A stretch of 62,217 bases of DNA, the filler included, from Choristocarpus tenellus KU-1152 (taxonomy: Eukaryota > Protista > Phaeophyceae): the NCBI GenBank assembly GCA_964200185.2. It is 11 parts of 11 records of this genome, joined end to end, with 100 filler letters (N's around TTAATTAATTAA, not from the genome) between each part and the next. Parts side by side here need not be neighbours in the genome. Positions count along the whole stretch, not along the records: positions 37,983 to 42,931 come from CAXNAD020012413.1; positions 43,032 to 46,516 come from CAXNAD020019711.1; positions 46,617 to 50,013 come from CAXNAD020020311.1; positions 50,114 to 53,299 come from CAXNAD020021686.1; 7 more parts are not named here. One strand, given 5' to 3'. This document shows, piece by piece, positions 39,038-51,366 of this stretch. A program made the translations under genes and the position numbers. The notes beneath the pieces were generated by a model, which worked only from the letters and a program-made list of their open reading frames with translations, searched no databases and was not told the origin of the DNA. Numbering within the stretch: the stretch's first letter is position 1; each line of letters begins with the position of its first letter.

Positions 39038-41428
39038 CCGCAATGATGTGTTCCTTCTTGACAGCAGCAAGGCGTTCCTTTGTGTAGGCAGCTTCTTGGG
39101 ATGTCTCACCGGCCATTTTTCTAAGGGTACTAATTTCCTTGTCGGTTGCAGATAGGGCATGCCTGAATGAGAAATAGGAGGCACAAGGAAAACCAAGGAG
39201 CAGCAGCATGCTGAGGACAACAGCACAGGTGTATCTAAAGAAGGGCAGAGGATAACCCATGGAGGGGAGGCATTAGCCAGCGGAGAGGATGGTGGAGTGA
39301 AAGGAGCGTGAGCACGCCTTGTGCAACACTGGTTTCTTCCCATCACATAAATGCAAGCACTTACGAATTAGTTTGAAAGTATGTGGGTATTATTATAAAT
39401 TATATATATTAGGTGATCGTAAAAATGTCCTTCAGAATGCCATGATCTCTGTGCAAGGTAAGATAAGCAGAACCTCCTTTGTTGAGCGAAGATATTTGAG
39501 TGGAAAAAATAGGAAAGTGCTTGTCACACACCAATCATAATTAATCCGTGGTGAGGAATCTACTTTTAAGTATTTCGTGGCATCAGGGATCTGTCAGACC
39601 TGGAAAAGGACTATCGGGGGTTTACATGTGATTGCAATCCTCTATTGTGATCCAATCAGGTTGTTGGTGAGCTGTACTCACTGCCTTATCCCTGTACTTC
39701 AACTCCTTTGTTGACATTTTACAGAAGTAAAGGCCCTCGTCTTTCCATTGCCCAAGCAAAACGCCCTCCCACAGTTTTTTGGGGATCTATATACCTGGTA
39801 CAAAAAAAAAAACTTGGTATACGTGTATGGATACCACTGTATGTGGGGAAAGGAGGACCAGTCACCTTAAGGATTCTTCCTTTTTCTTTGCCTGAGAAAG
39901 GACTTCCCTTTGCTTGATGAGGAGGTTCTCATTATTCGACAGCACCACATCACGCTCGGCCAGGGCTGCAGTCACTTGATTTGCCTGTGGTTGAAGTGAA
40001 GGGGGGAGTGATACAATATATGCGGCTAGTGTCAGCCTCATCAGGCAGGCATACTCCGTCTCATTTTCGGCCGGATCTTTCATATCATGCCTTCTCTCAC
40101 CCCGTGTTATAATGTTTAACCTTCTGTCTGGTTCAAAGTAAAGGTTGAATCGTGTAGAAAGATGCAGATGGTTCTCAATTGGAGTAAAAGTATGACAAGC
40201 AAGGCACATGTAGGATGGTGCGGGGGAAATATATGCTGTACTTTGAAATCATGCAATACTGTGAGGGAGAGACTAAGGAATGCTGTCACTATCACGACTC
40301 TCTCTTGTAGCTCGTGGTTAAACTTGTCTCAAAACTTTAGTTACACAAAAATCCTAAATCTGACGTTGGCTTACACACCATGCAGCAATTTATCTGATTG
40401 CAAATATTAAAATGAAATGCTGGTTTGTTCACATCCTGGTGGTGACCATCGGATCAACCTATCCTGCGTTCCTATGTTTAAAAGGGATCCTTTGCCGGTA
40501 GTTACGTTTTATTGGAAAGTTTTAGACATGCATCTGGGAAACATGACAAGGTTCATTTGAGTCCGACGAGGTGTGCACCATGTATCCCATCCCATCATCG
40601 ATGAGGTGAAGATACGCTGGAGCAGAAGGAAGATTGACCTTCTCAGGCTAAGATCAACTGAACGACGACTGAACGACGACTGAACGACGACTGAACGACG
40701 AAACGGAAATGCTTTACATTAACTGATCCTACACCCATAATTCTAACGGAAGGCGGCAAGGTGCTCGGTCACTTCCCTAAGACAAGGCAATTCTTGAAAC
40801 AACCTTCCCACCGAAGGCCACCTGCACTTGGTCATGAGCATCGTTTTCTTTGAGAATCTCCGCTAAGCCTTTCTCCCTCTCTTTCAGTTCCTCGATAATA
40901 GCAGTAAACTCAGTTGCCTTGGCCTCGGCGCTCCGAGTTTTCCCCACCTGCGATTGTGACCATTGAGATGTTCGCCTGTTCGATGTGTTCCTTGAGTGAA
41001 GACTATTATTGTGGTCGTTTGGTTGGGACAAAATCAATAGCAAATAGTGCCTTTTTTTGCTGGAGTGGTACCTTTTTCCGAAGCTCCTCCTTTGTTTCTA
41101 AAAGAAGTCCCGAGATATCCCGCCTACTTCTGCCTTCTCCCAGTAGCTGGTTCCTCTCTTCACAAATGGCGTTGCTACGCTTTAGATCAATGATCTCTTT
41201 CTCCATTGTTTCCTTTTTCGACATTCCAAGGATCTGTCTCTTAAATTGACCCTCCCTCGACCCTGGCTGTACCATTGCAGAGAATCTACTTAGCCTTTCC
41301 GAGTTTTCAGGGCACCAATCTGAAATCGTCGCAATCACGCACGTCGAATCCCCATTTGGTACTTCCTCTCTATTCCTGTGGACGTCACAGTCGTTACCCT
41401 GAAACGCAGATCTGTAATTTAAAGACAT
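39038..41428 (-). CDS. Coiled-coil protein of unknown function. Probable exons ~41428-41072, 40947-~40825, 39984-39866, 39162-~39038; ends uncertain
   Basis: E/K/L-rich heptad-like peptides bounded by AG/GT. The junction 39866/39162 is phase-consistent (ESLR|HALS). Confidence 0.5.
40657..40700. repeat. Perfect minisatellite (ACTGAACGACG)x4
   Basis: Read directly from the sequence. Confidence 0.95.
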
Positions 41429-42513
41429 GAAAAAGAAACAAGAATTAAGTCTGACTATTATATTATTAGAGGATTGAAGTTCGTATTTGAAGTACAGGAG
41501 TTTATTCGTATTGGATAATGTGTATTATTTTTCTGTCTGTGAAAGTGCCAACACTCGTTGTGCAAGATTGCCTGTTCAAGCCCTGGCAGGAGTACCAATA
41601 CTACTATTGCTACTGCTACTGTACTGTGAAAGTGTGAAGAGTTCGGTTCTCTGCAATGGAGGGGTAACTACAATCAATCATTTCACTGAGGACCTTCGAA
41701 ATAATGGGACGTCCCAGCTTGATAGGTCTTGACCCCGGCTTCTTAAATTCAGATATTGAGGAAATCAGAACAGAACAGAAATCTCTCCACACAACACATT
41801 GATGTCTCGGAATGGCTGGGTAATTCAACAAGAGAAAATAAGAGAATAGTTAGAATCGGAATGGAACTTCGATATGATTTACTTTTGCTGATCGTCTAGA
41901 TCTGAATACCTTCTACACTACTACAAACGCACTCCCCTGAAGGTTGGTAATTACAACATTATGTATGTGTACATTACTACTATTGGGGAGATGACAGCAT
42001 CCGTATTCATTTTGACAATATCCCTCATTTATCCATTATTTATTTCCGACTAGATCGGGCAGGTAAATACCATTAACCATACATGAGGCAAGCGAAAACT
42101 TTGTTGTCGTTCGTTCCAACGAATAATCACACGCGTCAAGTCTTCTATAAAGTTTTATCATGCGTCCAACTGAAAACCGGGTTCAAGCGGTGGGATACGA
42201 GTTGTGTGGACCTATGGTGGGGTTGGAGGTGCATCCTTTCTTTCCAAACTACATGATGAAGCTTTGGGCTCTGTTTTTTTCTACTATTTGGGGAACGAAT
42301 ATACTTTATGTGTGTGTAGGCTGTTAACTGGAGTGTGTCACACGATGAACAAGGATGACAAAATTATATGATATTTATTCATGGCTGTCGCCGTCAGCCT
42401 GTTCATTATTGCTGCTGGATTTTCTTTGCATTTTGCCACATAATATATACGTAGCCTGGAGCTCTAAATAACAATGTTATTAGGTACATATAATATCGGT
42501 GAAAGTGCCGAAT

Positions 42514-42694
42514 GACCAAAGTATCTGGTTGGGGGGGGGGGGTCTACACCAGGGTCTCCATTTGGCCCATAACCAGGAAAAGTGCACTTCCGTTATCCAT
42601 CCGACGTATGGAACCAAATCACCAAAAAAATTGCGACATTAAAAAATTGTCCCTAAATGGACAGCCGTCACACCCCCCCCAGATACTTTGAGCC
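42514..42694. mobile_element. MITE family A (reverse orientation)
   Basis: GACCAAAGTATCTGG ... CCCAGATACTTTGAGCC. Confidence 0.85.
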
Positions 42695-42795
42695 AAATTT
42701 TTGATTAGGCAAAACTTACATTTTTTCTACCTGTTACGTGTATCACACGTACGGATGTATGTGAAAATCACAACAAACAACCATCGACCATCAAT

Positions 42796-42931
42796 GGTTT
42801 TGAGCAGTGTCTGATTGACCCGTGTATATTTAGATTCAGGAAAGATGGTATTGTCAAGATGATGCTCGCCGTCCATGTGGATGATATGATGGTTTTGGCG
42901 CCTTGTGATGATTGCAATGATCTTTGTGCTG
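42796..42931 (+). mobile_element. Copia reverse transcriptase fragment
   Basis: GFEQCLIDPCIFRF...MMLAVHVDDMMV. Confidence 0.8.
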
Positions 42932-43069
42932 NNNNNNNNNNNNNNNNNNNNNNNNNNNNNNNNNNNNNNNNNNNNTTAATTAATTAANNNNNNNNNNNNN
43001 NNNNNNNNNNNNNNNNNNNNNNNNNNNNNNNCCATACCCCCCCCCCCCCAGATACTTTGAGCCTGACCA

Positions 43070-45345
43070 TAGATTGTCACACAAGCAACCGTTGATATCT
43101 TAAAGATGGCACAAATAAAACAGTAAAACAACTGTTTGGATTCATCAATATAATTTGCAACAATCATTTCTGAAAAAAGCTTGAACATATTGCTGCTCAA
43201 GTCACCATTGGTATCTTGCGTGTAGTATCTTGGACTTGAACTCTTGGGCCCAAGTGAGTCGCAAGTTGCGAGTAGGGGGAAGATGACTTGTGGATTGGTG
43301 TACTCAGGTGTCTTGATTATCTTACTCTTGACTGTGCCTGTCTTCTATCCACGTAAGAACTAGGATGTATGACCTGAATAGATGGTATAACTTAGTTGTG
43401 TGGATGATCTTTGAAAACAGAGGGAACACAATACTGACAGTTGGTGATGGTCAACTTGGAGAGTTGTGATGTCCATGAACCTGATATGTCAGTCAAAGGG
43501 TTAGTCTATGACATGTATATGTCTTCACAGCTACCAGTGATACTCTCTTCACGCCCAGTAAAAGGATCATACCTAGCTGTAATACTCTATTTCAGTGTAC
43601 TTGATACGTTGCACAAAGCACACGTCTGCAGAATACTGTGATTACTCTGATAGCTTGTATGACGCTACAGAACTAGGCCTGTGACTTCTCTGCCTCAAGT
43701 GTGTGTTGTGGACCTTCTTGATCTCTTCCACCTTGATTTCTGACATCTTATGGGTATGGTACATTCAAAACAGTAAAAAACTGCTTGGGGTCCGTTCAAG
43801 CCACATCTGACTGAAGCATACGTTTAATGCGACAAGTTATTGTCGCTCCAGTACCATTGATATCTTATGGATATGGGGCATTCGAAATGATCAAACAGCG
43901 GTTTTGATTCCATCCAAGCAATGTGCAACAGAAACCTCTCTGAAATGATGCCAAAACTTTGCTGTTCAAGTCAACATTGATATCATAATTGATATGGTGG
44001 GCATTTGTAACAGTCGAACCACGGTTTCAGATCCATCCTAGTAATTTGTAAATGACACAATTAGTAAAATATTGCAGAGTGCTGTTGCCCAAGTCACCAT
44101 TGGTTTTGGTATCGCATGGATATGAGGTAAACGGTCAACCAGCGGAATCGAATCTATCCAAGCATCGTGCAACTGACAGTTTGGCGAGAAATAAAAATAT
44201 GATGCCGTTGGAGTCGTTGATATCTTATGGATACGGAGAACGAAAACGGTCCGACATAAGTTTTGGATCCACCCAATCATTACGTAACTGAAATTTCTGT
44301 AAAATGTTGCAAACTGTCACTCATGCTGTCATCGAGATCCTATACATTGTATATGGGGTACTTGTATGTGTAACAGTCAAACAACGGTTCTAGATCCATC
44401 CAAGCAATGTGAAACTGACGCTCCTATAAAGTCCTACAACCTGTTGCCACTCCAGTCACCCTCGATATCTTACGATTACGGGGCATGTACAACAACAAAA
44501 AAACAGCATCGGATCCGAGTCCAAGTAAACGAGAGGTACGCAGAGATACATTTTAAAGGTGCCACCAATAGATGTGTAAAATTCGGCTTTTTTTACAATT
44601 AAGTATAATAGGGTATTTTCCGAGTTGTCTCCAAACGTTTAAAACAATCGAGAAATCAACCCTCTCAAGTCAAACGTAGCGCTTCATGCATAGAAATTTG
44701 GGTGAATTGCGTAAGATTGAGAAACTGGCTAATAATAAAAACATCAAGAAAAGTGGGTACCTCTCGTTTACTTTGGCTCATCCATCCGACCTAAATGTAT
44801 CCGACAGTTTGTGTGTATGTGCAAAATTTTCCTCTCAAGTCACCATTGGCATCTTACGGATATGGAGCGTGTGAAGTATTGAAACAACGATTTTGGATCC
44901 AAACGAGAAAAGGGCAATCGACACTCTCGTGACAATTCAAACATTCTTGTTGCTCAAGTCACAGTTGGTATCTTGTGGATATGAGGCATGCAAGACCATC
45001 AGACAACGTTTTCGGACCCATCCACCAATGTGCAACTGACACTTCCTGAAATGCTGTAATACGTTGCTGCTCATGTCACGATCGGTATCTTTTGTGGTAC
45101 GTGAAACGGCCAAACAACGGTTTGGATGTATCCAAGAAGGATATAACTGACTCTTACGTGAACTGTTGCCTAACGTTGCCACTCAAGTCACCATGGATAT
45201 CTTACGGATATGTCGTGGGTAAAACACCAAAAACAACGGTTTTTGATACATTGGAGCAGTATGTATCTCACGACTTGTTGTGATAAATTGCAAAATGTTG
45301 CCAGTCAAAACATTTTGATTCTTATGGATACGAGTACATAGTATC
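43070..45345. repeat. Degenerate tandem array with ~120-bp unit, roughly 13-15 units; interrupted at ~43230-43730 and by a MITE
   Basis: The core CAAGTCACCATTG.TATCTTA.GGATATGG...CAAACAACGGTTTTGGATCCATCCAAGCAATGTGCAACTGA recurs near 43198, 43850, 43968, 44091, 44212, 44328, 44453, 44837, 44955, 45073, 45185 and 45303. Confidence 0.85.
44517..44779. mobile_element. MITE family C inserted in the satellite
   Basis: GAGTCCAAGTAAACGAGAGGTAC ... GTACCTCTCGTTTACTTTGGCTC; TSD ATCC. Confidence 0.88.
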
Positions 45346-45346
45346 A

Positions 45347-46516
45347 GTAACAACGCAAGTGGCACTGTCAAGACGTGTCATGCGTTTTAACCTGGAGTCA
45401 CCAGGGACATGGGGGCGGAGGGGTTTGTTGGACTCTTGGGATGCCTCCCTAGCTCCTCACCCTGGGGTGCAGGAATAGGTAGATTGGGGGCACAAACAGG
45501 AAGGCAGTGGTACAACATAGTAGCGAAATAAGAAATAGAACAGTGTTTCTCACTTTTGTGACATATTTTACTTCTTTAGAGTTTATACTGATATGTGAAT
45601 AGTTTTCATTTGTTTTCCCCCTGACAAATCTTTTGCTCACGAATTCTGGATTATTATTATTATTTGCATATTCATTGTTTGCCATTTCTCTATTCTCTAT
45701 TCCCCATTTGACGACCAACCAGTGCGAATGCCCTTCGCCACTGATTGCCAGCCATCCCCCACATTTGATGACCAACCAGTGCAAAACCAGTGACCAACCA
45801 GTGCGAATGCCCTTCGCCCCTGATTGCCAGCCATCCCCCACCTTTCAACCCCACACAAGTTACCACTCCCCTCAACCCCACAGCAGTTCCCACACCACTC
45901 AACACCGCTCCACAATGATCCAAGAACACCCCTTCATGATCCACTTCAACCCGTGCCTTTGAGCTAGAAGACATCTACCCCGCCGTAACTTGACCTCCCC
46001 TCCCCTTCGGGGTTGATTTCTTTCTAGCTCATCCCTTACCTCCTGACCTGGTTAGACCCAATCTTTCTTACTCTCTGCCAAGCCCTCTGAACCCACACTG
46101 GGTCCCTCTGATTAGCCCTTGCGTATATCATAACTGCACCCGACTTCTATCCTCCTTCCTTCTGTATTACCAATACTGCTACCCCCATGGTCGTCAATCT
46201 CGTAGCTCCCCCTATCCTATCCGAATGCCAGGCATACTATTCTGGTCTCAACTCAAGTTCCTTTTCCATTCTCCTCTGGACACGTGTCGCTTGGCCCCTC
46301 GTGATCACCCTCCATGCCCCTTCTTGCCTACATATCATCAGTGGTGCATCAAGGGGGAGTTCTGGGAAACATTCCGTGAGAGTTGTTACCACCTCCCAAC
46401 CTCCCATACTTTCTTCACCCCTTTAAACCTGGTCAACACTGCTCCCTTCCTACCCTAGTCCCCTTTTGACCCTGTGAACGTTACCTCTACTTTTTCTGCT
46501 TGGTGTCTATCCTCCC
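45347..46516 (-). mobile_element. 3' part of a DIRS/Ngaro-type element: decayed tyrosine recombinase (~46516-46075) and terminal repeat (45347-45665)
   Basis: The minus strand reads VEVTFTGSKGD*GRKG...YAWHSDRIGGAT.L..MG...IQKEGG*KSGAVMIYAR, containing the K, HxxR and catalytic Y motifs. A short internal tandem duplication lies at 45705-45845. Confidence 0.82.
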
Positions 46517-46779
46517 NNNNNNNNNNNNNNNNNNNNNNNNNNNNNNNNNNNNNNNNNNNNTTAATTAATTAANNNNNNNNNNNNNNNNNNNNNNNNNNNN
46601 NNNNNNNNNNNNNNNNCCCCCCCAGATACTTTGACCCCCAAGGCACCTTTGCCTCATCGTCGCCTGTGGAATTGATAGGGTAGATAAATGTGCGCAATCA
46701 AGGCGTTTATTGTGGTATGGCCTTACACGACGAACTGAAATGCGATGGATAGGCGAAGTCATGAACTAATACAAGTTGA

Positions 46780-49410
46780 GTACCTTGTCGCTGATGGTGT
46801 ATTGCTTGGTAGGAGGACCCTCTGCTGCAGACTCTCCTGGTGAATTGTCGGCGTAGCGGTCTATCCCGAACCTGTCCTTCTCTTTCAGGTCCTTCATAAC
46901 CTGAACTGCGACCTGCAGGACGGCCCCCTTGATGAGTACATCCTTGGTATGCATTCGTCTCAGGTATGCCAACTGCACCCTCCAGGGTTACACTTCCCAA
47001 TCCTCCTCCGCCTTCGCGGCAGACGCCGGGTCTGGATCGCCGACTCCTGGTTTATTTTTCTTCCCCTTTCCCCTTGTCTTCTTCTTTCCTTTGTCTTGGT
47101 CGACTGGGGGCCGTTTGTTCCGGACGCCCCTATGGGTGAGGGAGAACTGTCGTGGAGAAGCACATGGGAGCTGGAACGGTGAGTGACATGGATGACACGG
47201 GTGTCTGTCTTGCGGGGTATGAACTAGGTGGTAAACATTGCGGTTGTTGCAGGGTCAGGAGGGGGGTATACGCATATACATCCATACGCTACTTCAATCG
47301 TCACGGTCAAAATCGACTTACCCATTCCTCTGGAATGTCTCCGTCCCGACAACGTACGTTAACGCAAGCGCGTCAGTAGGCAGTTTTCTGACTGCCTTAT
47401 CTGAGAAGACGTGCGCAGCCACTTCGACAATGTCGCGCCATCGATGACCTTGGGGAGTCTCCCCTCTCAGGATGGATAGTCCGACTCCAGCGAGAACATC
47501 AGTGCACATTCTAGCGAAATACTGCTCCTTGACCTCGTTCGTGAGCTGCATATACATCAAATGTGCGACAGAGTGCGGTTAGGATACCCGTACAGAATGA
47601 GCTTCGAGGATGTCGAGGAATTAAAATCGGCAGTGTATATGCCAGGGAGGGAAAAGCCGGGTATGCGCGTAGCGCATCGAGACCTTACGGGCATGGGGAT
47701 CGCTGGAAATGGGTCACTCTTCCGTTGGTCAGAACACGTCAAAACATCCAATTACTGTCTGCCCTATGTCAAGTGGAGACAAAATGGTTGGGAACGTTTA
47801 TCCCACCTTTGTCCTGCACATGTGATTGAATCCCCCACTGTTCTTAAGGGAATCCATGGCAGCGTCTGGGTTGGCATTCCAGAGCACAGTGAACATGTGA
47901 ACCACTCTGAAGTCGAATTTTTCCTGGTCGGATGCGCGTTAGGTGAGTGGAGGATAAGTTAATATGATCAGGACAGAAGAATGTGGGAGTGGGTGCGTGT
48001 TTGTTGGTTGATGGTGTGTTCATCATATGGTCGATAGCGAAACACATGTCTACATCGCCAATTCAAACTCACAGTATTGGAAGGCAGGGTTACTACTGTG
48101 TTGTTGTTGGACTGTTGGTGATGGGGGGTATTTCATGTACTAATAATAAAACGGGTGCATCGCGCGCACATTCGATCCCTCGCGCTTCTTGTGCTCTCTC
48201 CACACGCCGAGAAGGATCTCCTCCAGTCCTTTTGTCTCTGTTGGAGCATCGCGAGGGGAAGAGAGGGGTGGGGTATGTTAGACCAACGACACGGAATTAA
48301 CATGGATATATTAGACGAAAGGTACGCGGTGCTTGACAATCCTTTTACGAAAGGATTGTCAAGGGTGCCGTGAGAATCTCACCTTCTCTCGCGCATATGT
48401 AGACAAGGGTGGCGATTGCGTTGAAGAATTGGACGGAGGTCTGGTCTGTGAGTCTATTCGCCCCGGCTTCCATATGTGTGTCCTCCCAAGCTTCTTTAAG
48501 GAATGCCTTTATCTTGGCAGCTACCCTCCTCTTAATAGTCAGCTGTAACGCGGTGTCATCACTCCGGAAGTCTACGTCACCTGGACAGTACTGGTTGCAC
48601 TTGGTGACCAATGTCGCCATGCGCGCGCGACGATCAGGATCCTCCTCTATGTCATTGACAAAAGGGCGGGGCCTGTCGCAACCGAAGTCGCGCCTATACT
48701 CCAGGATAGCGGCGACCCAGGACACCATCCAGTGGAAAATGTCGAGGATGTTGGGCACATGCGACCTACTGGCCGCCACACTCTCTCCTATCGAAATGGA
48801 TTCAGCCTTTTCGCGGTTGCAGTGAGGATAGATCTTCCATATGAAGGTCCTGTTATCGTCTCCCTGGAGGTTCTCTCCGATGTCCGAGGCCCATCTCGCT
48901 GTGACATGTGGCGGGAGGTTGATGCCACCTGGGATATTTTCCTCTTGCGCGACGCAATGGATTGTCCTCAGCACCATTAAGCGGTGCTGTCCGTTCAGGC
49001 AAAATAAGAGGTTGTCGTCGTCATCTATATCCCTCTCGCCGCCATTCTCGTCTACGTCGAGGTTGCCGTTGGTGATGTAGGTTGCAAGTAGATCACCATC
49101 AGGCACATCAGAGGGTACGTTCGCCCTGCGTATGTCAGCTTTCATGTCGCTTATGGTCTTCCATCTGTAGCACATGGGAAAAGGCCGTCCACTCAGGATA
49201 CCTGCAAGCCTATCGACAGCGACAACTGGATCCGGTCCTAGCTTGGAGAACATGGACTCCACTCGATCGGTGTCCAGGAGGTTAGCATTATACCTCTGTG
49301 TCATGTAGGCAGATGTTGCAAGGTCCATCGTGCAGGTGGCGCTGATGTTGGACGTTACGATGTATGTCGTCCTTAGGTCTTCAGTAGTTTTCGGGCCTCC
49401 GGTGGGCTGT
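46780..49410 (-). CDS. Spliced gene for a ParB/Sulfiredoxin-fold (DGQHR-like) protein. Exons 49410-48383, 48237-48170, 47923-47807, 47545-47322, plus an uncertain K-rich exon ~47145-46780; start codon uncertain
   Basis: A 327-aa ORF contains LLFCLNGQHRLMVLR. Three downstream GT-AG junctions are phase-consistent. The last segment has a phase problem and an in-frame TAA (EDWEV*PWRVQL), so the gene may be decaying. Confidence 0.65.
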
Positions 49411-51286
49411 CTGTGAGGACAGAGGGGAATGTTGGGACAATGGTATCAGCCAAGATCAATGATGTCCAGAAAGGGGTGGATGCGACGGTTAGCCGAGCGC
49501 ATGAGGGGTATCTTCATATGAACAGCGGTGGACCATGTGATTCATGATGACGCGGGTTCGGCACGGAGTGCGGTGTTCGTGTCCGTGAATGGGCTATGCA
49601 AGGGAGATATGAAAAGAGCGTAGCGATTGCGTGGAAATGGGGACGGCGTAACGCTTTCCTACCAGGAACCTATTTACCAATAAATATGAAACTGTTAACG
49701 CGGTCGCCCTGGGATGGATATGAATATCAATAAAACGTAACAATATCTGACGCAACCTGGAGTGAACCTACGCGCAGATCAAGATCAGATATAGCTGGGC
49801 CAATCATGCACAGGTTTGCGCTTGACACTAGGCTGATAATAATGAATGAATTTAATGTGTTCTGACCAACGGCAAAGGCGATGAAATAAAGGAGCGCGGC
49901 TATATGGTCGAGGCCGTGTGTGTCGATTTGAACTTGTAAAAACCCGAGCAGATAAACATAACGTCTAACTGAGAAGGTGATATAAGAAGATGAAAGGAAT
50001 TTACGTGCTGCCCNNNNNNNNNNNNNNNNNNNNNNNNNNNNNNNNNNNNNNNNNNNNTTAATTAATTAANNNNNNNNNNNNNNNNNNNNNNNNNNNNNNN
50101 NNNNNNNNNNNNNGCTTGACTAAAGTTATAGGGTTCGCCAAAGCAGCACATGTATATTGGGTCGACCCTATGGTTGCGTGGGTACTATTCGATTGTTGTG
50201 GTGTCCACTGTCTGTTGTAGTACTCCAAGTACTGCATAGTGATATTTCTCCGCCTCCTTGTTCTGTCACTGTCATCTTTGAGCATCTCCCTTCATGGCAT
50301 CTCACCAGACAAGCTGTATGGGTATCACCACAAAACGCTCAGGGCACTCCATAGCCTATGACATGCAATTCTGACCAACTTCCTGGTCTCTTACCTGGAT
50401 GCACAGCGATCTTTTATTGGGATAAAGATCCACCTGTGTTGAGTAGTTGCGTGCAGGAAAGGCTCGTGGCCAGAAACTGCTTCTGGGTTGCATTGGTGAA
50501 CATACGCTGTTTATCAATTATCCGCTGGGGCGTTCTATGTCTTAGCCATCCATTATTTCTGGCGTACGACCAAAGACTGACCATCATGTCGCTATGGACG
50601 TTACTACTCTGTATTGTACCAAAACTATAGATAAACGTACATTAAAGTGTGTTATCTGCTTGTATCGGGGCACACAACGTGAGTATAAGACTATATATTG
50701 CGACAAACAGAGGCTGGCAGGACTATGTTCTGCCTTGGACATCAATGAAAACGACATATATTTGGTCAAGTTTAGCTTGCTGAGGTTCTCTCTCCCCCTC
50801 TTTCTCTCAGTTGCCGGTGAAAAGGAGTATGCGTAACTCTGTGTGTGATGTGGCCCTCTAGGTGGTGCTTTTCCGATGCCTGGGACACCTGCTTCACCAA
50901 GATCAATATTCACATCGAAAGCGGGTGTTGTCATTTTTGGCGTGCAGTCTTGTAAGGAAATCACTGCCAAAATCCCAGCTCCCTGCCCGTGTGTAACATG
51001 CCCAGCCAGGCATGGCCCAGATGAAACGTGCAGAGAGGACAGCACATTGTGGTGTAGGGTGATGTTACTGATGTAACAGATTGGGAAAGTATAGTGAATT
51101 GTACAATCCGTAATGGTTTTCACATCAACTTCTAACAAATGAAACCAGATTTCCATGAGAAGCATAGATTTGATGCACGCGAACACGTTCGATTACTATG
51201 GGTGGAATGATGTACGTCCATCATTCCTTACATTTACAGTTACTATTGTGTGTTACTTGTATAGGAAATATATCCAAAAACAAATT

Positions 51287-51366
51287 TGACCCGGGTGGGA
51301 TTCGAACCCACGCTTTTTCACACTGCGACCTTAACACAGCTCCTTAGACCACTCGGGCACCTGGTC
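51287..51366 (-). tRNA. trnL-AAG: tRNA-Leu(AAG)
   Basis: GACCAGGTGCCCGAGTGGTCTAAGGAG-CTGTG TTAAGGT CGCAG-variable arm-GTGGGTTCGAATCCCAC-CCGGGTCA; downstream TTTTT terminator; one acceptor-stem mismatch. Confidence 0.85.

Noticed and set aside
43070-45345. CRISPR-like array
   Set aside because: The whole unit is homologous between copies, there are no unique spacers or cas genes, and the context is eukaryotic.
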